Shown here piece by piece: positions 37,350 through 46,455 of a stretch of 64,000 bases of DNA. The translations under genes and the position numbers were made by a program. The stretch comes from Candidatus Omnitrophota bacterium (lineage in GTDB: Bacteria > Omnitrophota > Gorgyraeia > Gygaellales > Profunditerraquicolaceae): the NCBI GenBank assembly GCA_026416665.1, contig JAOAET010000041.1, forward strand, positions 10,425 through 74,424, given 5' to 3'. Every line of letters starts with the position of its first letter. Within the stretch, counting starts at the first letter, position 1. The notes under the pieces are model-generated. The model was not told the origin of the DNA, did no database searches, and saw only the letters and a program-made list of their open reading frames with translations.

Positions 37350-38225
37350 ATGAGAATTATTTTGCGTATTTTTATAGTTGTTATCAACGTTTTTTGGTTT
37401 TCTTTACTTTTAGCTGGTGATGACGATATTGAAAAAGCCCGACAATATTATGAATTAGGGAACATTCTCTATCAAGAAGGCAAATATGACCAGGCACAAC
37501 AACAGTATCAGAAGGCATTGGAGTTGTTACAGAAAAAGCAATCTTCTTCTTTGACTTCAACACCTTCTTCAATACCTTTACCATCTCCAACTCAGCAGAG
37601 CCAGTTACCAGAAGTTCCTAAAAGAAAAGAGGAGCCACGCCTTATAACCGAGTACAGAATAGGTGATGAGGATATCCTGAAAATTTCTGTTTGGCAGAAT
37701 GATGACTTAAACCAAGAAGTTATTGTTCGTCCTGATGGTAAGATTTCTTTTCCACTTATTGGTGATGTCCCTGCACGCGGTTTAACTATTCCTGAGTTAG
37801 ATGAAGAGATTACCCACCGACTTTCAGAATATGTACGTTCACCAGAAGTTTCTATTTCACTGGTTAAGATGGGTGGGTCTCGGGTTATTATTTTAGGGCA
37901 GGTACACAGACCTGGTGTTTATAATGTATCAGGGGCAAAGACAATTTTAGAAGCAATTGGTTTAGCCGGTGGTTTTACTAATGATGCGGTACCTTCCAGT
38001 ACCATTCTTATTAGAGGTGGGTTTATTGACCCTAAACCACAACGGATTAATTTAAGTAAAGCCCTCAAAGGAAAAAACGCCGAGGCGTTTAGAATTTCGT
38101 TACAACCTGAAGATATAATCTATGTTCCAAAGAAGTTTATCGCCGATATTAATTACGTCCTTTCCCTTATTGTCGACCCTATTGCCAAAGGTACTTATAT
38201 TAAAGATACCTATGAAAAATGGTAA
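37350..38225 (+). CDS. polysaccharide export protein, Wza/KpsD family (Poly_export + SLBB)
   Basis: YRIGDEDILKISVWQNDDLNQEVIVRPDGKISFPLIGDV (Poly_export) and GQVHRPGVYNV...ILEAIGLAGGFT (SLBB) motifs. The N-terminus has a TPR-like helix pair and an S/T/P-rich linker. Confidence 0.75.
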   Translation: MRIILRIFIVVINVFWFSLLLAGDDDIEKARQYYELGNILYQEGKYDQAQQQYQKALELLQKKQSSSLTSTPSSIPLPSPTQQSQLPEVPKRKEEPRLITEYRIGDEDILKISVWQNDDLNQEVIVRPDGKISFPLIGDVPARGLTIPELDEEITHRLSEYVRSPEVSISLVKMGGSRVIILGQVHRPGVYNVSGAKTILEAIGLAGGFTNDAVPSSTILIRGGFIDPKPQRINLSKALKGKNAEAFRISLQPEDIIYVPKKFIADINYVLSLIVDPIAKGTYIKDTYEKW

Positions 38226-38372
38226 AGTGGTAATGGGGCCAGAATTATTTCTGTCTTAAGTTTAATTTCTTTTTAAAACCAACATCTAATTCCAGAGACA
38301 GTAACATTTAAGATTAAATTTTTGATTACATATATATCTTTTTTTAATAAAAACTATGGTAAAATAAATTAT

Positions 38373-38660
38373 ATGGATACACTCTACGAAAAAAATCCTG
38401 ACGTTATTTTTAGAAAAATTGCTGGTGAATATCTGCTTATGCCCATAAAACAAAAGGCAGTAGATTTAAGAAGTATCTATACCTTAAACGAAACAGCTTC
38501 CTGTATCTGGCAACTTCTTGATGGTAAAACAACTATTGGTGATATACAAAAAGCACTTTGTGAGCAATTTGATATTACTTCAGAGCAAGCACTTTGGGAT
38601 ATTCAAGAATTTGTTAGTCAACTGGAGGCGTTAGGTTTTATTCATAGAATAAGCCGATAG
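38373..38660 (+). CDS. PqqD-like protein (RiPP recognition element, RRE)
   Basis: About 95 aa. NETASCIWQLLDGKTTIGDIQKALCEQFDITSEQALWDIQEFVSQLEALGFI is the PqqD/RRE pattern. The start was chosen at the internal ATG 38373. Confidence 0.6.
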   Translation: MDTLYEKNPDVIFRKIAGEYLLMPIKQKAVDLRSIYTLNETASCIWQLLDGKTTIGDIQKALCEQFDITSEQALWDIQEFVSQLEALGFIHRISR

Positions 38661-38661
38661 T

Positions 38662-40419
38662 ATGAAGCAGGTGCTTTTATGTATTCCGCCTGACTACGAC
38701 CATGAATATCCTGCCTTAGGAACAGCGGTTCTTCAGGCGTATCTTAAGAAACACAAGGTTTCTTGTTTACAAATCGACTTAAATCTTGCTTATCGAAAAT
38801 TTCTTGCCCAGCATGTCTGGGCAGAAACAGAGCTTACTTTAGAGGAACAAATTTTTTTCCTACCTTGGCTTATAAAGAAATTCTTTCGCAACTGTCTTAA
38901 AGGTCGTTATTACGAAGATTGTCTTGCCCGCCAATCAGATGGAATCTTTCCAGAGTTGCCTTATGGTAACAACACCAACAGTTCCTTCTTTTTCTGTGAG
39001 CATTTACTTTCTTCAGAATATCTATTTAGATATCTTGAAGATGAAGAAGAAAATACCTTTTGGCAGTTTTTTACACAAAGTGGCATCTTAGATATAATTC
39101 AACAAGAAGACATAAAACTAGTAGGAATCTCTATTATTTCTCCTTCACAGGCAATTGCTTCATTGACATTAGCTTTACTGATTAAGAAGAGATTTCCCCA
39201 AGTGCATGTAAATATCGGTGGACAGTGGCCTACGCTTTACAGACGTCAAATTTTAGAACATAGACAGTTATTTAGATGTTTTGATAGTGTAATCGTCTTT
39301 GAGGGAGAAGTTGCTTTACTAGAATTAGCAAGAAGAGTTTGCGCAAACAAAGAAATTACAGGTATTGCTAATGTTATTACCAAAGATACAAAACTAAATG
39401 AGCACTTTAGAATTGCTGAGATAGATATGCGTAGACTGCCACCACCTGATTTTGAAGGCCTTCTCCTAGGAGAATACGACGGTGCAAGGGATGGCCAGAT
39501 TAGTTTAACTTTTGAGAGTTCTCGAGGTTGTTACTGGGGGCGTTGTGCCTATTGTGTAGATTTACCTTTACCTAAACCCAGTTATCGTATAAAATCAGCA
39601 CAATTAGTAGTAAGAGATATGTGTTATTTAAAGGATAAATTTGGAGCAAGCTTTTTACTATTGAGTGACCCTGGACTTTCTTGTCGTCAGATGGTAGAGA
39701 TTTCGGAAGAGATTATTCGGCAGGGAGTAAAAATTAATTGGTGGACAATGGCACGGCTTGATCCTGGATTTAAGAAAGAACATTTTGAACTTGCCCATAA
39801 AGCAGGCCTTTGCCAGATAAATTTTGGTTTTGAAACAGCATCTGAACGTCTAAGTAAACTTTTAGACAAGGGGAACCTAAGAGAACGTAGTTCTCGCATT
39901 ATCCGAGACTGTGCCTTAAGTGGTATAAAGGTGGATTTGCAGACAATGCTGGGGTTACCGCAGGAAACTTATGAAGAGGCTCTAGAAACAATAGATTTCT
40001 TGCTAGAACACAAAGAGTTTATCAGCCATGTTACCTTTAATATCTATTACCTTACACCTGAGAATTATGTGTATTATAACCCTTACAGGTATGGTATAAG
40101 TTATGACAAAGAAAAAGTTTTGCCTTTTTCTTTCTTTATTCCTTTTCAAAATTTATATGGGATAGATATGGAGAAAGCAGCACAGATAGAAAAAATTTAT
40201 TATGCCTTGGTAGAAAAAGAAAAAATAACAAGCAAAGCCAAAGAAGAAATTGGGAAAATAGACTTATTTAGTTCTACTGAAACAGAAAACAGCCAGCTTT
40301 TAAAAGAGGTGTTTATAACTTTGTTAGATCAAACAGTAAGTATTAAATATTACTATGATGAAAAGACTGATACCTGTACTTTTTTAGAAGAAGAGGATGT
40401 CTTTTCGCAAAGAAGGTAA
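38662..40419 (+). CDS. B12-binding-domain radical SAM enzyme
   Basis: N-terminal cobalamin-binding-like Rossmann segment, then SSRGCYWGRCAYC (Cx4Cx2C radical SAM cluster motif). 585 aa. Confidence 0.75.
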   Translation: MKQVLLCIPPDYDHEYPALGTAVLQAYLKKHKVSCLQIDLNLAYRKFLAQHVWAETELTLEEQIFFLPWLIKKFFRNCLKGRYYEDCLARQSDGIFPELPYGNNTNSSFFFCEHLLSSEYLFRYLEDEEENTFWQFFTQSGILDIIQQEDIKLVGISIISPSQAIASLTLALLIKKRFPQVHVNIGGQWPTLYRRQILEHRQLFRCFDSVIVFEGEVALLELARRVCANKEITGIANVITKDTKLNEHFRIAEIDMRRLPPPDFEGLLLGEYDGARDGQISLTFESSRGCYWGRCAYCVDLPLPKPSYRIKSAQLVVRDMCYLKDKFGASFLLLSDPGLSCRQMVEISEEIIRQGVKINWWTMARLDPGFKKEHFELAHKAGLCQINFGFETASERLSKLLDKGNLRERSSRIIRDCALSGIKVDLQTMLGLPQETYEEALETIDFLLEHKEFISHVTFNIYYLTPENYVYYNPYRYGISYDKEKVLPFSFFIPFQNLYGIDMEKAAQIEKIYYALVEKEKITSKAKEEIGKIDLFSSTETENSQLLKEVFITLLDQTVSIKYYYDEKTDTCTFLEEEDVFSQRR

Positions 40420-41872
40420 TCTTATAAAAATGAGAGCATTTCCTGTATCAATGATGGAAGACCACGACCAGGCCTATTTTTTCTGGAAGAAGCAAGGTCT
40501 AAAAGGATTTACTCTTTTACATATTGATGCACATCTTGACTTTGGTTGGTTGCCAGAACTTGACTGGCAACAATTGCCCACTATTTCTTTTTCACAATTA
40601 CCTGCTTTGCAATCACAACTGTTGCTTAATCCTTTTATTACTTCAAAAGAAAAACTACTTAATATTGGTAATTTTATTTGCTCTGCTATTAGAGATGGTA
40701 TTGTTAGACGGTTGTTTTGGATTGTTCCTGAGCCAACATTAAATTGTCTGCGCGGAAATTATTTCTTGCAGAAGCAGATAAAACAAATCTTACGGCTAAA
40801 AAAAACCGATACAGGTAGCTTTTTGATAAAGCAAAGAAGTATTAATTTCCGCTTGGCAGGAGTTGAGGTTACTGTTTGTGGTTTAAGTGACTTCTGTTAC
40901 GTAGAAGAGCCAGTGCTTCTGGATATAGATGTAGATTTTTTGGTTACTGGCTATATCTGGAATGACGTTGATCCTTGTCGTATTCCTTGGATATACCCTG
41001 ACCAGTTATATGAGTTGGTAAGTAAGAAAATTTCTCAAATTGAGGCCTTAACTATAGCCTATTCAGTGGAAGGAGGCTTTACCCCTCTAAAATTCAAATT
41101 CCTTGGTGATTACCTGCGACTTTACTTTACAGAGGACTTTAGCAAAGAAGATGAAGACAGTTTAGAGAGAAGAAAAGAGGCAATATATTTAGAAGAACAG
41201 AAGCAATACGACAAAGCAGAAGCCATTTATGAGGAACTTTTAAAAATTAACCCAAAAGATGCCTCAATTTATTTTGCTCTTTATTTGTTGAACTTAAACA
41301 GTCACATAGCCGATATTACAAAAGCGAGAAATTATTTCTACAGGGCTATTCAAATTGACCCGACATATTCCACAGAATATAATAATTACGGCATTCTCTA
41401 TGCACGCAATGGCCGTTATAGCCAGGCAAAAAAGTATTACCAAAGGTTCTTAGAGATGTGTCCGACTAATGCTTCTTGCTGGGAAGGATTAGGTTTTATT
41501 GCTTTAAGAGAAAGAGATTACACAGCCTCTCTGAGATTTTTTAAAAAGTCCTTAGAATATGATTCACAAAGATTAGCTAGTCAATTGGGTGTAGCAATTA
41601 TTCATTTTTATCAAGGGGTTTTAGATAAGGCAGAAGAGATGCTTTTTTCGTTAAAAGAGAAGTTAACTGATAATTTTGAAATCTATTGGTGGCTGGCACG
41701 CATTGCCCATAAAAAAGGGCTTAATAAACAGGCAATTAATTACTACAAGAAGGCAGTTTTAACTGGTGGTGAAGGAGTAGCTGTTCACTGGTATCTGGCA
41801 AGTTTGTATTTAAAAGAAAAAAATTTTTTCAGAGTAACAGAAGAATTAAGCCGTATTATTCAACAGATTTAA
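40397..41872 (+). CDS. TPR-repeat protein with N-terminal UPF0489/arginase-like domain
   Basis: N-terminal FTLLHIDAHLDFGW (DAHxD-like metal-site motif). The C-terminal half has at least 5 TPR repeats. The start may instead be the ATG at 40430. Confidence 0.5.
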   Translation: MSFRKEGNLIKMRAFPVSMMEDHDQAYFFWKKQGLKGFTLLHIDAHLDFGWLPELDWQQLPTISFSQLPALQSQLLLNPFITSKEKLLNIGNFICSAIRDGIVRRLFWIVPEPTLNCLRGNYFLQKQIKQILRLKKTDTGSFLIKQRSINFRLAGVEVTVCGLSDFCYVEEPVLLDIDVDFLVTGYIWNDVDPCRIPWIYPDQLYELVSKKISQIEALTIAYSVEGGFTPLKFKFLGDYLRLYFTEDFSKEDEDSLERRKEAIYLEEQKQYDKAEAIYEELLKINPKDASIYFALYLLNLNSHIADITKARNYFYRAIQIDPTYSTEYNNYGILYARNGRYSQAKKYYQRFLEMCPTNASCWEGLGFIALRERDYTASLRFFKKSLEYDSQRLASQLGVAIIHFYQGVLDKAEEMLFSLKEKLTDNFEIYWWLARIAHKKGLNKQAINYYKKAVLTGGEGVAVHWYLASLYLKEKNFFRVTEELSRIIQQI

Positions 41873-41875
41873 GAT

Positions 41876-42154
41876 ATGTTTTTACAGAATAAACTAAAGA
41901 GGTGTTTTCAAAAAAACGAAGATATTATTGAAGAAGAAAAAGACAGGATAATTACTCTTTTTGACCCGTATCGTAGAGTAGCAATTAGATTAAGTCCTAC
42001 TGGATATAGGATTTGGCAGTTAATAGATGGTCGCCGTCAAGTATCCGATATTATTGAAGAATTGAAAAAAGATTTTGAGGTCAATGAAAAAACCATCTGT
42101 AGAGATGTTATATGTTTTCTGGATAAGTTAGCTAAAAGAGAGATAATCAAATAA
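41876..42154 (+). CDS. PqqD-like protein (second discrete RRE)
   Basis: 92 aa. RLSPTGYRIWQLIDGRRQVSDIIEELKKDFEVNEKTICRDVICFLDKLAKREII is the PqqD pattern. Confidence 0.55.
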   Translation: MFLQNKLKRCFQKNEDIIEEEKDRIITLFDPYRRVAIRLSPTGYRIWQLIDGRRQVSDIIEELKKDFEVNEKTICRDVICFLDKLAKREIIK

Positions 42155-43275
42155 TGTTTTGTTCAATTCAGCAAAGAAAATTTGCGGATTTATGTAACGA
42201 ACTCGATTCTGTGGCTATTAAAGAAAAGATTCCTTATATGTGTGCCTTTGAACTTACTTATCGGTGCAATTTATCCTGCTGTCACTGTTATTGCAATTTA
42301 CCAGCAAATCATCCCAACAAAGAAAAGGAGATTCCCACAAATAAGGTTAGGCAACTTCTTGATGAAATGGTAGATAGTGGGTGTTTATGGTTATTGTTGA
42401 CAGGGGGTGAGGTGTTTTTACGTGAAGATTTTTGGCAAATCTATCTGTATGCCTTAAGAAAAGGTTTTCTTATTGACCTGTTTACCAATGCGACATTACT
42501 AGATGAGGAGAAAGTGAAACGTCTTTCCGATTACCCACCTCTTTCTCTAGAAATAAGTTTATATGCTGCAAAGGAACAAATTCATGATAATATAACTGGA
42601 GTGTGTGGTTCATTTAAGCGGTTAATGAATGCTATCACTGCCCTTAAAAAATACAATGTACCTTTCTCATTAAAAAGTATTTTGATGAAAGAGAACATTG
42701 CTGAACTTACTGCTATGCGTAAATTAGCCAAGGATTATCAGGTAAGTTTTCGTTATGATACATTAATCTGTCCTCGCTTAGATGGAGGTAACTTGCCCTT
42801 GATTCATCGGTTAAGCGAATGGGAAATGGCACAATTGGATATATTAGATGATTACCCTATTTTGGAGAAGATTTTTCAGGAATATTGGGCTAAACCAATG
42901 TCAGAGCCACTTATCTGCGGAGCAGGGGTATTTGCCTTTAATATTAATCCATACGCAGTGTTAAGCCCTTGCACGATGTTTAAGAGTTTTCAATATTCGT
43001 TACATAATGTGTCTTTTTTGGAAGCTTGGAAAAAGATGACTGGTGAGTTTGAAAAAAAAATAAAATATCTTCTGGAACCTCTTTGCCAAAAATGTAATAT
43101 GGTTTATATTTGTCCCAATTGTCCTGCCTGGAGTGAGTTGGAGACAGGCAGTTTAAAGGGTATTGTCAGACATATCTGCCTATATGCCAAGACACTAGAA
43201 AAGATTTACAGGATAACAAAGGAGGGCAATAATGGAGAAAAAGCCTTATCAAAAACCAACAATGCAGGAGGTTAA
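42154..43275 (+). CDS. radical SAM enzyme with C-terminal SPASM domain (peptide-modifying maturase family)
   Basis: CAFELTYRCNLSCCHCY (Cx3Cx2C) and a Cys-rich C-terminus CQKCNMVYICPNCPAWSE typical of SPASM auxiliary clusters. Confidence 0.8.
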   Translation: MFCSIQQRKFADLCNELDSVAIKEKIPYMCAFELTYRCNLSCCHCYCNLPANHPNKEKEIPTNKVRQLLDEMVDSGCLWLLLTGGEVFLREDFWQIYLYALRKGFLIDLFTNATLLDEEKVKRLSDYPPLSLEISLYAAKEQIHDNITGVCGSFKRLMNAITALKKYNVPFSLKSILMKENIAELTAMRKLAKDYQVSFRYDTLICPRLDGGNLPLIHRLSEWEMAQLDILDDYPILEKIFQEYWAKPMSEPLICGAGVFAFNINPYAVLSPCTMFKSFQYSLHNVSFLEAWKKMTGEFEKKIKYLLEPLCQKCNMVYICPNCPAWSELETGSLKGIVRHICLYAKTLEKIYRITKEGNNGEKALSKTNNAGG

Positions 43276-43390
43276 ACTTTCTATTGATGATACTTTATTA
43301 TCTGCCTGTCGTAAGACAGCAACTTCACGGGTCAATCCTAAACGGGGAACTTCTTGCCGTGCCTGCAGAACAACCTATCGTTCTTCATAA
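43232..43390 (+). CDS. candidate RiPP precursor peptide (52 aa, not in the supplied ORF track): MEKKPYQKPTMQEVKLSIDDTLLSACRKTATSRVNPKRGTSCRACRTTYRSS
   Basis: ATG at 43232 with an AAAGGAGGG RBS 6 nt upstream. It overlaps the last 44 nt of the rSAM-SPASM gene in another frame. The leader has a lasso-type YxxPxL element (YQKPTM). The core is Cys/Thr/Ser/Arg-rich with 3 Cys. Confidence 0.45.
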   Translation: MEKKPYQKPTMQEVKLSIDDTLLSACRKTATSRVNPKRGTSCRACRTTYRSS

Positions 43391-43408
43391 AACAGTTACC
43401 TCCTTATA

Positions 43409-44293
43409 ATGAAAGATGATATTGGAGTAAGTAATAGCTTTAGTGTCTTACTTAACATAGCAGGTTTAGGCCTGTCTATTAAAAGTAGTGTGCCTTTTCG
43501 TTGTTTTAAGGATTTTAGTTTCTATGAAAAGTTCATTGTAAATGAATTTCCTGAGATATCGTGTTTTCTTACCCATCGAATAGGAGTGCCGAATCTTTAT
43601 TTAAATACTGCCACAGAAACTTTTACTACCCAAAATTGGCTACTTCAAACCACTACAGACAAAAAAATTCTTATTGTTGGTCCACAACAAAAAAACAAAC
43701 TAGTAGATAATGTAGCAGTATTTAACTCAGATTATAGTCAGGGTATTTTGTATCAGAAACATATCTATGAGATATTTCGTAGGTTTATAGACCAGTTTTT
43801 ATTTATCAATATTTTAAGTAGAAGAAAAGGATTTCTATTTCACGCCTCAGGTGTAATTTACCAGAATAAAGGACTTTGTTTTGCTGGCGTATCTGGAAGC
43901 GGAAAATCTACTTTACTTAGTCTTTGGCGAAGAGAAGTCCCAGAGGATGCTTTATTAAACGATGACAGAGTAGCATTGCGTAGAATAAAAAGAAGGTGGT
44001 TAATTTTTGGAACGCCTTGGTATGGTGAGTCAAAAGTTGCTACCAACAAATCGGCACGGTTAAATACCATTTTTTTTATTCGCCATGCGGATAAGACTTT
44101 TCTTAAGCCGATATCCGTAAACCAGGCATTAGCAAAGTTAGGGGTACTGGCTTTATTACCTTTATGGGATAAATCTTCTGTTAAGCAGGTATTATCTTCC
44201 TTTGAGATGTTGGTAAAAGAGGTTCCTATGTATGAATTTGGTTTCCGACCTGATAAAACGGCAGTAGAAACAATAAAAGAGCTCTTATGCTAA
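43409..44293 (+). CDS. HPr-kinase-C-like P-loop kinase
   Basis: GLCFAGVSGSGKSTLLS Walker A in an HprK_C-like context. Homologues occur as precursor-peptide kinases in lasso-type clusters. Confidence 0.55.
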   Translation: MKDDIGVSNSFSVLLNIAGLGLSIKSSVPFRCFKDFSFYEKFIVNEFPEISCFLTHRIGVPNLYLNTATETFTTQNWLLQTTTDKKILIVGPQQKNKLVDNVAVFNSDYSQGILYQKHIYEIFRRFIDQFLFINILSRRKGFLFHASGVIYQNKGLCFAGVSGSGKSTLLSLWRREVPEDALLNDDRVALRRIKRRWLIFGTPWYGESKVATNKSARLNTIFFIRHADKTFLKPISVNQALAKLGVLALLPLWDKSSVKQVLSSFEMLVKEVPMYEFGFRPDKTAVETIKELLC

Positions 44294-46455
44294 TGGAGGT
44301 TGTTTGTTCTCAGCAAGAATTTGATAAATTATTGACACAGATACGCTCAAAGGTAAACTATGTTACTTTTCAGGCAAGAGGAGCAAGTATGTTTGCCTTT
44401 ATCAAGAAAGGGGATTGGTTAAAAATAGAAATTCTGCCTCAGAACAGCGATTGTTTAATTCGTAAGGGAGACGTTGTCCTTTTTAAAAAACAAGATATGC
44501 TTTTTCTACATAGAGTTATACGGATAAATAAGGAAGGATTTTTAGTAAAAGCAGATGCCTCTTTAGGAAGTGACGGAGTTATTTTGCCTGATGAGATTAT
44601 AGGAAAACTTATTACTATTCAAAGAGGCAGAAAATTGATAGATTTAGATAAACGAGTTTACCGTTTGGTAGCATTAGGTATAGCCAATTTAAGTAATCTG
44701 TTTTCTTGCTTATGGTTTATTTTCGATAAACTGTGCATGTTTTATCTTAAGATACTGCATTGCTTACAGAAAGTTTCCCTCTACAGAAAAATAGCCCGTA
44801 TGTTTTGTGGAGATATTATTATTCGGCAAGCAACTACAAATGACCAACAGCAGTTACGTGATTTGTATCGTATGGCTGGTATTGATGTACAAGAAGGGCT
44901 GAGTAAAATAAAGTTAGAAGGATTTTGGTTAGTAGCCCAGAGAAATAAAAAGATAGCCGCAGCGGTTACTATTTCTGCCAGTGAAAGTGACCCAAGTTTT
45001 TGGCTTATCTTTGGCTTGGAAGTAAAGCCATGGTTGCGCGGTATGGGAATCGGGAAAAAAATTATTCAACACGCAATAAGCATGGCCAAGGAAAGAGGTG
45101 CAAAAAAGATAGGTTTGTTTGTATCCAAAAAAGCAACCGCTGCAGTTAATCTTTATCGGTCTTTGGGTTTTATTCCCACAGAAGAAGTTCCCGAAGGTTA
45201 TAATCGCTGGCAAGAAGATTTGTTTTTAGTATACAGTGATTGTTTTAAGAAGAGAAAAAAACAACAAGGAGAAGCAAAAAAAATGTATTCAGAAGAGCCA
45301 CTTAGTTCTTCCTTAAAGGCTTCCTTAAAGGCCCTTATTCAACTGGTTTGCTTAGATAATCAATCTAGAAGTAACTTTAATTATAGAAATTTTTCTGTTA
45401 TACAGTGGCAAGATTTACTAAAACTCTCCATTAAGGAAGGATTATTTTTTCCTTTCTGGCAGGGTTTACAAAGATATTTTCATCTACAACAGAAAACTCA
45501 AAACTCTCCATTAACCTTTACAAAGATGAACTTCATCAAAGAGATTATTCCTGAGCAAGTAGCAGAAGAGTTTATGGATAACTATTACCATCATCTTGCC
45601 GCAAGTATGATGTTTAGTTCAGCGGTAGAATCAATTCTAAACCATCTAGAGAATCATCAAATACTTACACTTCTTATGAAAGGTCCAACGGTAGATAATA
45701 TTATTTACGGTGACTACTTACGTAGCCGTGGCGATTTAGATATTGTGGTGAAACAAAAAGATTGGCCTTTACTTACTAGGGTTTTAGAAAATATAGGATA
45801 TTTTATACAACTACCGCCAAGAGATTACCCATTATTTGAATACCAGAATAGTCTTTTATTCTTACCTAAAAAAGAAGGCATACCCATTCATCTACATAAT
45901 AACTTATTTAATAATTTATATTTAGGCGTTGATGGGCTATTTTTGCCTTCTATGGAAAAAGTTTGGCAAGAGACTATACCGCTTAAGAATTACCAGTGGA
46001 TTCGTGCTTTGCAACCTGAAATGCAGATTATTTATCTTTGTGAACATGCAGTTAAACATAATTTTGAACAGTTGGTTTTAGCTTATGAAATCCAGAGGAT
46101 AATTCTTATATATGCGAATTCTCTGGACTGGAATAAATTAGTGATTCTTACCCAATCAATGGGGTTAACCCAGGTTGTATATACTGCCTTAGAAGTGGTC
46201 AGAGACCTGTTTAACATAGATTTACCTGTTGAACGGTTAAAGAGATTACAACCGAAGCTTACTGTTGTCCAGAGATGTTTTCTAAGAAAAGTAAGAGATA
46301 GGAAGATATCTTATTGGACTTGTTATCCTTTATATCTTAGTATGCGCAAAAAATTTTTTTATAAACTGCGTTTTATCTGGTACAGTTTTTTCCCACCTGG
46401 TTTTCCTTTGCGAGGATATCTTACTAGGATAAGGAAATTAATACTGGCACAATGA
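44287..46455 (+). CDS. tri-domain fusion: S24/S26-peptidase-like N-terminus + GNAT acetyltransferase + uncharacterised nucleotidyltransferase (NTP_transf_5-like)
   Basis: GASMFAFIKKGDWLKIE (peptidase S24/S26 fold), a GNAT core (RGMGIGKKIIQHAISMAKERGAKKIGLFV) and a C-terminal LLMKGPTVDNIIYGDYLRSRGDLDIVV nucleotidyltransferase motif. 722 aa. Confidence 0.55.
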   Translation: MLMEVVCSQQEFDKLLTQIRSKVNYVTFQARGASMFAFIKKGDWLKIEILPQNSDCLIRKGDVVLFKKQDMLFLHRVIRINKEGFLVKADASLGSDGVILPDEIIGKLITIQRGRKLIDLDKRVYRLVALGIANLSNLFSCLWFIFDKLCMFYLKILHCLQKVSLYRKIARMFCGDIIIRQATTNDQQQLRDLYRMAGIDVQEGLSKIKLEGFWLVAQRNKKIAAAVTISASESDPSFWLIFGLEVKPWLRGMGIGKKIIQHAISMAKERGAKKIGLFVSKKATAAVNLYRSLGFIPTEEVPEGYNRWQEDLFLVYSDCFKKRKKQQGEAKKMYSEEPLSSSLKASLKALIQLVCLDNQSRSNFNYRNFSVIQWQDLLKLSIKEGLFFPFWQGLQRYFHLQQKTQNSPLTFTKMNFIKEIIPEQVAEEFMDNYYHHLAASMMFSSAVESILNHLENHQILTLLMKGPTVDNIIYGDYLRSRGDLDIVVKQKDWPLLTRVLENIGYFIQLPPRDYPLFEYQNSLLFLPKKEGIPIHLHNNLFNNLYLGVDGLFLPSMEKVWQETIPLKNYQWIRALQPEMQIIYLCEHAVKHNFEQLVLAYEIQRIILIYANSLDWNKLVILTQSMGLTQVVYTALEVVRDLFNIDLPVERLKRLQPKLTVVQRCFLRKVRDRKISYWTCYPLYLSMRKKFFYKLRFIWYSFFPPGFPLRGYLTRIRKLILAQ

